Part shown: piece by piece, positions 48,727 to 56,448 of the stretch | Layout: every line of letters starts with the position of its first letter | How positions within the stretch are numbered: the stretch's first letter is position 1 | Assembly: GCA_041496745.1 (NCBI GenBank) | Contig: JBGQFF010000001.1 | Location: 16,675-80,674 of the forward strand | Direction of reading: 5' to 3' | DNA from: Gammaproteobacteria bacterium | GTDB lineage: Bacteria > Pseudomonadota > Gammaproteobacteria > Burkholderiales > SG8-39 | Length of the DNA: 64,000 bases | Notes under the pieces: model-generated | Told to the model about the DNA's origin: nothing | Databases searched by the model: none | The model's input: the letters and a program-made list of their open reading frames with translations, nothing else | Program-made: the position numbers and the translations under genes

Positions 48727-49677
48727 ATGACCAGAATCCTTGCAGCGTTCCTCGCGACACTGTTCTCGGCAGCCGCCGCAGCACAGTATCCCAACAAGCC
48801 GATCCGCCTGATCGTGCCTTTCCCGCCGGGCGGCGCCGCCGAACTGGGCGCGCGCATTTTCGCGCAGCCGCTGAGCCAGGCCTTGGGCCAGCCGGTGGTG
48901 ATCGAGACCAAGCCCGGTGCGGACGGCGCCATCGCGGCTGACGCGACGATGAAGGCCGCGCCGGACGGCTACACGCTGTTCTACGCCACCAACACCGCGT
49001 TCTCCTGGGTGCCCTCGGTGCGCAAGAACCCGCCCTACGACCCGGTGGCGGATTTCACGCCCGTGTCTCTGATCGGGCAGTTCGGCTTCTTCCTCTTCAG
49101 CCATCCGAGCGTGCCGGCGACCACGATGTCCGAGCTGCTCGCCCACATCCGCGCCAACCCGGGCAAGCTGAACTACGGCAGCGGCAACAGCACCAGCATG
49201 CTGACCACGGCGCAGCTGGTGCTGCAGGAGAAACTCGACGTGGTGCACATTCCCTACAAGGGCGACGGGCCGCTGTCGATCGACCTGCTGGGCGGGCGGG
49301 TGCAGTTCGCCATCGCCACGCCGGGCAGCGCCGCGCCGCAGGTGAAGGAAGGCAGGCTGCGCGTGCTGGCGACGCTGCTGCCCAGCCGCAGCCCGCTCCT
49401 GCCGCAGGCGCCGACGATGGCCGAAGCCGGCATGCGGGGACTCTCCATCACGCCCTGGGGCGGAATATTCGGGCCGAAAGGAATGCCGCGGGACATCGTA
49501 GACCGCCTGTCGCGCGAGCTGATCGCGCTTCTCAAGCGTCCCGAGGTGCGCAGCGCGTTCGAAAATCTGGCGTTCGAGCCGCGCGGCTCCACGCCGGAGG
49601 AACTCGCCGCATTCACGAAGCAGCAGCTCGATGTCTGGCGCCGGGTGGTCGCCGAGGTGGGCATCAAGCCCGAGTGA
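48727..49677 (+). CDS. Bug/TctC-family substrate-binding protein (paralog 2)
   Basis: It reads [25 protein letters not shown] and is a tandem paralog of the preceding gene. Confidence 0.9.
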   Translation: MTRILAAFLATLFSAAAAAQYPNKPIRLIVPFPPGGAAELGARIFAQPLSQALGQPVVIETKPGADGAIAADATMKAAPDGYTLFYATNTAFSWVPSVRKNPPYDPVADFTPVSLIGQFGFFLFSHPSVPATTMSELLAHIRANPGKLNYGSGNSTSMLTTAQLVLQEKLDVVHIPYKGDGPLSIDLLGGRVQFAIATPGSAAPQVKEGRLRVLATLLPSRSPLLPQAPTMAEAGMRGLSITPWGGIFGPKGMPRDIVDRLSRELIALLKRPEVRSAFENLAFEPRGSTPEELAAFTKQQLDVWRRVVAEVGIKPE

Positions 49678-50560
49678 GCGCGGCGGCGAGGTTCGCCGCG
49701 GGTTCCAGGCCGGGCAGGCTGCGCAGCCAGGTGAGCTGGCGCTTGGCGAGCTGGCGCGTTGCGGCGATGCCTTTGTCGCGCAGCTCGGCCTTGCCGTACG
49801 CGCCCTCGAGGTAGCCCCAGGCCTGCCGGTAGCCGACGCAGCGCATGCTGGGCAGGCCTGCGTGCAGGTCGTACTGCCTGCGTAAACCTTTCAGTTCTTC
49901 CACCAGCCCGTCCTTCAGCATGCGCTCGAAGCGCTCGGCGATGCGCCGGTGCAGTTCGCCGCGGTCCCCGGGAATGAGCGCGTAGGCGTTCAGCCGGAAA
50001 GGCAGCTCCTGCCTTGCGCACTTCTGCAGTTCGGAGATCGGTTTGCCGGACAACTCCCAGACCTCGAGCGCGCGCTGGATGCGCTGCGCGTCGTTGGGCG
50101 AGATCCGTGCCGCGGCGACCGGATCCACCCGGGCAAGATCGGCGTGCAGCGCCGGCCAGCCGTGCCGCGCGGCGCGCGCGTCGATCTGCGCGCGCAGCCC
50201 GGGCTCGGCCTGCGGCAGCACGTCGATGCCCTGGGCGAGGGAGCGATAGTAAAGCATGGTGCCCCCGACCAAGAGAGGGGTTTTGCCTCGACTTTGAATT
50301 TCCCCGATCGCGCGGACCGCGTCCGCGCGAAACCGGCCGGCCGAATAGCTCTCCGTCGGATCTATTAGGTCGATCAGGTGGTGCTTGACCTGCTTGAGCT
50401 CAGCCGCCGAAGGCTTGGCGGTGCCCACATCCATCCCGCGATACACCTGCGCCGAGTCCACCGAGATGATCTCGACCGGAAAGCGCGCGGCGAGCTCCAG
50501 CGCCAGGCGCGATTTCCCGCTCGCCGTCGGGCCGAGCAGGGCGTAAGCCTCAGCGGCCAC
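49664..50560 (-). CDS. miaA: tRNA dimethylallyltransferase
   Basis: It reads [44 protein letters not shown]. Confidence 0.95.
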   Translation of the reverse strand: MAAEAYALLGPTASGKSRLALELAARFPVEIISVDSAQVYRGMDVGTAKPSAAELKQVKHHLIDLIDPTESYSAGRFRADAVRAIGEIQSRGKTPLLVGGTMLYYRSLAQGIDVLPQAEPGLRAQIDARAARHGWPALHADLARVDPVAAARISPNDAQRIQRALEVWELSGKPISELQKCARQELPFRLNAYALIPGDRGELHRRIAERFERMLKDGLVEELKGLRRQYDLHAGLPSMRCVGYRQAWGYLEGAYGKAELRDKGIAATRQLAKRQLTWLRSLPGLEPAANLAAALTRA

Positions 50561-52220
50561 GCAGGAACAGTTTGTCCAGGTCCGCCATGGTGAGCTGGTA
50601 CCAGGTCGGGCGGCCGTGGTTGCAGCTGCCCGAGCGCTCCGTCTCCTCCATCTCGCGCAGCAGCGCGTTCATCTCGTGCACCGAAAGCTGCCGGTGGGCG
50701 CGCACCGCGGCATGGCAGGCCATGGTAGCTAGTATCTCGTTCTGGCGCGCCGCCAGCACCTGCGCCGCGCCGAACTCGCGCAGCTCGGCGAGCAGCGCGC
50801 GCGCCAGCGCCGCGACGTCGCCGCCGGCGAGCAGCGCCGGCGCGGCGCGCACCGCGAGCTCGTTCGGCCCGGCGACCGACAGCTCCAGTCCGAGCTGCTC
50901 GAGGGCCGCGCGATTGTCCTCGGCAATCGCCACCTCGAGCGCCTCGGCGCGGAACACCGCGGGCACCAGCAGGCTCTGGCGCTCGATGCCGCCCGCATCG
51001 AGATTGAGTTTGAGCTTCTCCATCAGGATGCGCTCGTGCGCCGCGTGCATGTCCACCAGCACGAGGCCCGCCTCGTTCTGCGCGAGGATGTACACGCCGT
51101 GCAGCTGGGCGAGCGCGTAGCCCAGCGGTGCGGGCGCGGCGCGGTACTCCATGACTGGCTCCTGCATCGCCAGCGCCGCCTGGATCGCCGGTCCTGGCGA
51201 CGTCACGGTGGCGTAGCTCACCGGCGCCTGCGCCGCGGAAGGCGAAAGCGCGCGCTGCAAGGCATGGAACACGAACTGGTGCATGCCGCGCGCATCGCGG
51301 AAGCGCACCTCGGTCTTCGCCGGGTGCACGTTGACGTCCACGCCGCGCGGGTCGAGCTCGAGGAACAGCACGAACGCCGGCTGGCGCTCGCCGTGCAGAG
51401 TGTCGCGGTAGGCCTCGCGCACCGCGTGCGCGAGGAGGCGATCGCGCACGAAGCGCCCGTTGACGTAGAAGTACTGCGCGTCGGCGCGGTTGCGCGCCGC
51501 CTGCGGCGTGCCGGCGAGGCCGTGCAGTCGCAGCGGACCCGCCTGCGCGTCCACCGGCACCGAGGCGGCGGCGAACTCCGCGCCCAGCAGCGCGGCCGCG
51601 CGCGCGGCGAGCGATTGCGGCGCGAGATGGGCCGAGACGCGGCCGTTGTGCTTGAGCGAGAAGGCGAGATCGGGCCGCGCCAGCGCGATGCGGCGGAAAA
51701 CCTCGTCGCAGTGGCCGAACTCGGTCGCCTCAGTGCGCAGGAACTTGCGCCGCGCCGGCGTGTTGAAGTACAGGTCGGACACGGCGAGCGTGGTGCCCGG
51801 TGCGCGCGCCGCGGGCCTCGCCTCGCCCGGCGCGGCGCCCTCCGCCGCGAGCGACCATGCGCGCGCCTCGCCGCGCGCGCGCGACACGAGCTCGACGCGC
51901 GCCACCGCCGCGATCGAGGCGAGCGCCTCGCCGCGAAAACCCATCGTCGCCACGCACTCGAGGTCTTCCAGCGAGCCGATCTTGCTGGTGGCGTGGCGCG
52001 CGAAGGCGAGGCCGAGGTCCTCGCGCGCGATGCCGCCGCCGTCGTCGTCCACCTGCACGCGCTTCGCGCCGCCTTGGGCGAGCGTCACAAGGATTTCCGA
52101 CGCCCCGGCATCGAGGCTGTTCTCGAGCAGCTCCTTCAGCACCGAGGCCGGCCGCTCCACCACTTCGCCGGCCGCGATCTGGCTGATCAGCAGCTCCGGC
52201 ATGACGCGGATGGCGCTCAT
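50550..52220 (-). CDS. mutL: DNA mismatch repair protein MutL
   Basis: ATG 52220 gives [40 protein letters not shown]. The C-terminus reads [24 protein letters not shown]. The track ORF extends spuriously to 52799. Confidence 0.95.
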   Translation of the reverse strand: MSAIRVMPELLISQIAAGEVVERPASVLKELLENSLDAGASEILVTLAQGGAKRVQVDDDGGGIAREDLGLAFARHATSKIGSLEDLECVATMGFRGEALASIAAVARVELVSRARGEARAWSLAAEGAAPGEARPAARAPGTTLAVSDLYFNTPARRKFLRTEATEFGHCDEVFRRIALARPDLAFSLKHNGRVSAHLAPQSLAARAAALLGAEFAAASVPVDAQAGPLRLHGLAGTPQAARNRADAQYFYVNGRFVRDRLLAHAVREAYRDTLHGERQPAFVLFLELDPRGVDVNVHPAKTEVRFRDARGMHQFVFHALQRALSPSAAQAPVSYATVTSPGPAIQAALAMQEPVMEYRAAPAPLGYALAQLHGVYILAQNEAGLVLVDMHAAHERILMEKLKLNLDAGGIERQSLLVPAVFRAEALEVAIAEDNRAALEQLGLELSVAGPNELAVRAAPALLAGGDVAALARALLAELREFGAAQVLAARQNEILATMACHAAVRAHRQLSVHEMNALLREMEETERSGSCNHGRPTWYQLTMADLDKLFLRGR

Positions 52221-52244
52221 GCGGGGAGTATATAGAATCGGGTC

Positions 52245-52886
52245 ATGGAACTTCTCGTTACGCTGTGGGATTTCGTGATGCATCTGGACGCGCATCTCGC
52301 GGCCTTCGTCGCCGAGCATGGCGCCTGGGTGTACGCGCTGCTGTTCGTGATCGTGTTCTGCGAGACCGGCCTGGTGGTAACGCCGTTCCTGCCCGGGGAC
52401 TCGCTGCTGTTCGTGGTCGGCGCGCTGGCTGCGGCGGGCGGCATGGACATCGTCACGGTAATGGCGGTGCTGGTGACCGCCGCGCTCAGCGGTGACAACG
52501 TTAACTACTGGATCGGGCGCTGGGCCGGGCCGAAGGTCTTCCGCCAGGAGGATGCGCGCTGGTTCAACCGCAGGCACCTCGAGCGCACGCACGCGTTCTA
52601 CGAGCGCTACGGCGGCAAGGCGATCGTCATCGCGCGCTTCGTGCCGATCGTGCGCACCTACGTGCCCTTCGTGGCGGGCATCGGCACCATGCCCTATCTG
52701 CGCTTTCTCGCTTTCAGCGTGGCCGGCGCGCTGCTGTGGGTGGTGTCGCTGTGCCTGGCGGGCTACTGGTTCGGCAACCTCCCGCTGGTCAAGGACCACC
52801 TCGGCGCGATGATCCTGGTCATCGTCGCGATCTCGGTCACGCCGATCGCGGCGGGGTTCCTGCGCGCGCGGCGTGCAGGCGGCTAG
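52245..52886 (+). CDS. DedA family membrane protein
   Basis: It reads LLFVIVFCETGLVVTPFLPGDSLLFVVG...GKAIVIARFVPIVRTYVPFVAG. Confidence 0.9.
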   Translation: MELLVTLWDFVMHLDAHLAAFVAEHGAWVYALLFVIVFCETGLVVTPFLPGDSLLFVVGALAAAGGMDIVTVMAVLVTAALSGDNVNYWIGRWAGPKVFRQEDARWFNRRHLERTHAFYERYGGKAIVIARFVPIVRTYVPFVAGIGTMPYLRFLAFSVAGALLWVVSLCLAGYWFGNLPLVKDHLGAMILVIVAISVTPIAAGFLRARRAGG

Positions 52887-54127
52887 CGCATCGCCAGCGG
52901 CCCCTGCGGCCGCGGCGGATTCTTGGCGAAGTAGCGCTTGATGCCGCTGAGGATGGCGCGCGCCAGCTTGTCCTGGTAGGCGTCGTCGTTGAGGCGCTTT
53001 TCCTCTTCCGGGTTGGAGATGAACGCGGTCTCCACCAGGATCGACGGCACGTCGGGCGCCTTCAGCACGGCGAAGCCGGCCTGCTCGACGCGCGCCTTGT
53101 GCAGGGTGTTCAACTGCCCCAGCTCGGCGAGCACGGCGCCGCCGAGCTTGAGGCTGTGGTCGCTGGTGCCGGTCTCCGCGAGATCCACGAGCGTTTTCTG
53201 GAGGTAGGGGTCGCGCTTGTCTAGGTTGACGCCGCCGATCAGGTCGGAGTCGTTTTCCTGCTTCGCCAGCCAGCGCGCCGCCTCGGAGGTGGGCCGCTGC
53301 GACAGGGTAAACACCGAGGAGCCGCGCGCGTGCGGGCGGATGAAGGCGTCGGCGTGTACCGAGACGAACAGATCGGCCTTCACCTTGCGTGCTTTCTCGA
53401 CGCGCGCGTTGAGCGCCAGGTAGTAGTCGCCGTCGCGCGTCAGCACGGCGCGCATTTCCGGCTCGGCGTCGATCAGCCCCTTGAGGCGCCGCGCGATCAT
53501 CAGCGTGATGTCCTTCTCGTGGCTGCCGCGGCGGCCCCTGGCGCCCGGGTCCTCGCCGCCGTGCCCCGCGTCGATGACGATGGTGGCGAGGCGCGCCACC
53601 TTGGGCTTCGCGCCCGGCAGGCCCTTCGCGGGGCCCGGCTGCGGCGTGCCGCCGGCGATCTTGCCGTCGAGTTCAATCAGCGCGGCCAGCGGGTCGGGCG
53701 GTACGATCGGGTAGAGGTCGAGCACCAAGCGATGGCCGTAGTCGGCGATCGGCCTGAGCGTGAACACCTGCGGCTTCACCGCGGCCTTGAGGTCGAGCAC
53801 TACGCGCGTCACGCCCGGGCGGTTGCGCGCCACGCGCAGGCTGGCGATGTAGGGATCGCCGGCGGCCACCTTGTTCTGCAGCTCGTTGAGCACCGGGCCG
53901 GCGTCCACTCCCTCCAGGTCGAGCACCAGCCGCTCGGGTTCCTTGATCGCGAACAGGGCGTACTTCAGCTCGTTGCTCGATTCGAACGTGACGCGCGTGT
54001 AATCGCGCGCCGGCCAGATGCGGGTGGCGACGACGTCGGCCTGCGCCGCCGCTATGCCGCAGAGGAGTAGAGCTGCCGCGCCTGCGCAAGCCAGTCGGCG
54101 CCGGCAGGAGAGGGCGCGCTCAGCCAC
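52883..54127 (-). CDS. amiC: N-acetylmuramoyl-L-alanine amidase with AMIN domain (AmiC/AmiB type)
   Basis: The AMIN domain reads ATRIWPARDYTRVTFES. The catalytic core reads VIDAGHGGEDPGA...LFVSVHADAF. GTG 54127 gives a Tat-like signal (SCRRRLACAGAAALLL). The track ORF runs to 54265. Confidence 0.88.
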   Translation of the reverse strand: MAERALSCRRRLACAGAAALLLCGIAAAQADVVATRIWPARDYTRVTFESSNELKYALFAIKEPERLVLDLEGVDAGPVLNELQNKVAAGDPYIASLRVARNRPGVTRVVLDLKAAVKPQVFTLRPIADYGHRLVLDLYPIVPPDPLAALIELDGKIAGGTPQPGPAKGLPGAKPKVARLATIVIDAGHGGEDPGARGRRGSHEKDITLMIARRLKGLIDAEPEMRAVLTRDGDYYLALNARVEKARKVKADLFVSVHADAFIRPHARGSSVFTLSQRPTSEAARWLAKQENDSDLIGGVNLDKRDPYLQKTLVDLAETGTSDHSLKLGGAVLAELGQLNTLHKARVEQAGFAVLKAPDVPSILVETAFISNPEEEKRLNDDAYQDKLARAILSGIKRYFAKNPPRPQGPLAMR

Positions 54128-54534
54128 GCGCGACGTCCCGTCCCGGCGATCTCCAGGCGGATCGCGAGGCTGGGAGGCGGCAGCAAGCCCCCAGCGCGCT
54201 CGGGCCATTCCACGACACAGACCGACTGCGCGTTGAAGTACTCCCTGAATCCAGAATCCCGCCATTCAGCCTCGTTCTTGAATCGATAAAAATCAAAGTG
54301 ATACAAGTGTAAGCTTGAAACCACATAAAGTTCAACCAGAGGGTAGGTAGGGCTTTTGACCCGGCCGGGGTAACCCAGTGCCCTGAGCAGGCCGCGCACC
54401 AGCGTGGTCTTGCCCGTACCCAGCTCGCCGATGAGGTGCAGTACCCGCCCGGGGGCGATGCCCGGCGCGAGCGCCGCTCCAAGGCGCAGCGTGGCCGCCT
54501 CGTCGGGAAGCTCGAGGCTAGACTCGGCGTTCAT
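54052..54534 (-). CDS. tsaE: tRNA t6A biosynthesis ATPase TsaE
   Basis: It reads LHLIGELGTGKTTLVRGLLRALG...VKSPTYPLVELY...LYHFDFYRF. Confidence 0.92.
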   Translation of the reverse strand: MNAESSLELPDEAATLRLGAALAPGIAPGRVLHLIGELGTGKTTLVRGLLRALGYPGRVKSPTYPLVELYVVSSLHLYHFDFYRFKNEAEWRDSGFREYFNAQSVCVVEWPERAGGLLPPPSLAIRLEIAGTGRRAWLSAPSPAGADWLAQARQLYSSAA

Positions 54535-55564
54535 GGATTACGCGGCGCTGGCGGCGCGGATCAGGCAATGGGGCGCGGAGCTCGGCTTCCAGGCGGTGGG
54601 GATCGCGGACACCGATCTCGCCGCCGCGGAGAACCGGCTCGGCGAGTGGCTCGGCAAGGGCTGGCACGGCGAGATGGATTATATGGCGCGCCATGGCGCG
54701 CTCCGCGCGCGCCCCGCCGAACTGGTGCCGGGCACGCTGCGCGTCATCGCCTGCCGCATGGACTACCTGCAGGAAGGCGAGGATGCGTGCGCCGATCCCG
54801 GCGCCGCGTGCATCGCGCGCTACGCGCGCGGGCGCGACTACCACAAGGTGCTGCGCAGCCGCCTGCAGAAGCTCTGCGATCGCATCCAGGGCGAGGCGGG
54901 CGCTTTCGGCTATCGCGTGTTCGCCGACTCGGCGCCGGTGATGGAGGTGGAGCTCGCCGCCAAGGCGGGCATCGGCTGGCGCGGCAAGCACACGCTGCTC
55001 CTGTCGCGCGAAGCGGGCTCGTGGTTTTTCCTGGGCGAGATCTACACCAGCCTGCCGCTGCCGGCCGATGCGCCCGCCAGCGAGCACTGCGGGACCTGCA
55101 CGCGCTGCATCGACGTCTGCCCGACGCAGGCGATCCGCGGACCCTACCAGCTCGATGCGCGGCGCTGCATTTCCTACCTGACCATCGAGCTGAAAGGCAG
55201 CATCCCCGAGCCGTTGCGGCCGCTGATCGGCAACCGCGTGTACGGCTGTGACGACTGCCAGTCGGTGTGTCCCTGGAACTCCTTTGCGCGCCCGAGCGCC
55301 GAGCCCGACTTCGCGGTGAGGAACGGCCTGGACCGGCCCGCCCTGGTCGAGCTGTTCGCGTGGTCGGAGGCGCAGTTCGACGCCAGGATGGCCGGCTCGC
55401 CGATCCGGCGCATCGGCTACGAGCGCTGGCTGCGCAACCTCGCGGTCGGGCTGGGCAATGCCCCCACCTCGCCGCGAGTAGTAGCGGCGCTGCGCGCGCG
55501 CGCCGAGCACCCGTCGGCGCTGGTGCGCGAGCATGTTCTGTGGGCATTATCCCGGCATGAGTGA
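54533..55564 (+). CDS. queG: Epoxyqueuosine reductase
   Basis: It reads MDYAALAARIRQWGAELGFQAVGIADTDL...WHGEMDYMARHG...CGTCTRCIDVCPT...CDDCQSVCPWN. It is the C-terminal part of ORF 54404-55564. Confidence 0.93.
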   Translation: MDYAALAARIRQWGAELGFQAVGIADTDLAAAENRLGEWLGKGWHGEMDYMARHGALRARPAELVPGTLRVIACRMDYLQEGEDACADPGAACIARYARGRDYHKVLRSRLQKLCDRIQGEAGAFGYRVFADSAPVMEVELAAKAGIGWRGKHTLLLSREAGSWFFLGEIYTSLPLPADAPASEHCGTCTRCIDVCPTQAIRGPYQLDARRCISYLTIELKGSIPEPLRPLIGNRVYGCDDCQSVCPWNSFARPSAEPDFAVRNGLDRPALVELFAWSEAQFDARMAGSPIRRIGYERWLRNLAVGLGNAPTSPRVVAALRARAEHPSALVREHVLWALSRHE

Positions 55565-56447
55565 CTGGACATCCGATCGGCAACTGCCGGGGTTCGAGGC
55601 GAAGACGCTCGAGTTTCCCGACGACTACGACGGCCGCGTGGTCGCCACCCTGGTGCGCCTGCCCGCGGGTGCCGCGCAGCGCGGCGCCGTGCTCTACGTG
55701 CACGGTTTCGTGGACTATTTCTTCCAGCGCCACATGGCCGAGCGGTTCGCGGCCGAGGGCTACGCCTTCTACGCCCTCGACCTGCGCAAGCACGGCCGCT
55801 CGCTCTTGCCGCACCAGCATCCCTGCTTCTGCAAGGACGTCGCCGAGTACTGCGCCGACATCACGCGCGCGCTCGAGGAGATCGGCGGGCCGGTGCTGCT
55901 GGCGGGGCATTCGACCGGCGGGTTGGTCTGCGCGCTCTACGCGAGCCAGGGGAAGCGCAGGGAACAGGTGACGGCGCTGTGGCTTAACAGCCCGTTCTTC
56001 GACTGGAAAGTGACGTCGTTCAAGCGCGCGCAGCTCGGCGTCGCCGCGTTCGCCGGCCACGCGTTTCCGTTTCTCAACGATCCAAAAGCGCTATCGCCGG
56101 CCTACGTGCGCAGCCTCCACCGAGAGTTCGGCGGTGAGTGGGACTTCGACCTGAAGCTGAAACCCCTGTACGGTTTCCCGGCTTACTTCGGCTGGATCGG
56201 GGCGATCCTCGCCGCGCAGGCGAAGGTGCATGCCGGCCTCGAGATCAACTGTCCGGTGCTGACCATGCATTCGGACGAGGCGGACATCGTGCTCGACTGG
56301 CGGCACGTCGCGCGCTGGGGCCGCACGCTCGGGCGAGAAGCGGCGGTGCTCGCTTTCCCGGGCGGGCTGCACGACCTGGTGCTGTCGCGGCGCGAGATCC
56401 GCGACGCGGTGTTCAGGGAGTTTTTTTCCTGGGCCGCACGAACATAG
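55557..56447 (+). CDS. Alpha/beta hydrolase (lysophospholipase/monoglyceride-lipase-like)
   Basis: It has VLYVHGFVDYFF and the nucleophile elbow LAGHSTGG. ATG 55557 overlaps the queG end. Confidence 0.85.
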   Translation: MSDWTSDRQLPGFEAKTLEFPDDYDGRVVATLVRLPAGAAQRGAVLYVHGFVDYFFQRHMAERFAAEGYAFYALDLRKHGRSLLPHQHPCFCKDVAEYCADITRALEEIGGPVLLAGHSTGGLVCALYASQGKRREQVTALWLNSPFFDWKVTSFKRAQLGVAAFAGHAFPFLNDPKALSPAYVRSLHREFGGEWDFDLKLKPLYGFPAYFGWIGAILAAQAKVHAGLEINCPVLTMHSDEADIVLDWRHVARWGRTLGREAAVLAFPGGLHDLVLSRREIRDAVFREFFSWAART

Positions 56448-56448
56448 A

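Noticed and set aside
50550-52799. A 749-aa extension of the mutL ORF runs across dedA.
   Set aside because: The upstream 190 codons are H/R/D/E-rich nonsense antisense to a well-conserved DedA gene. MutL homology begins exactly at ATG 52220 ([11 protein letters not shown]...).
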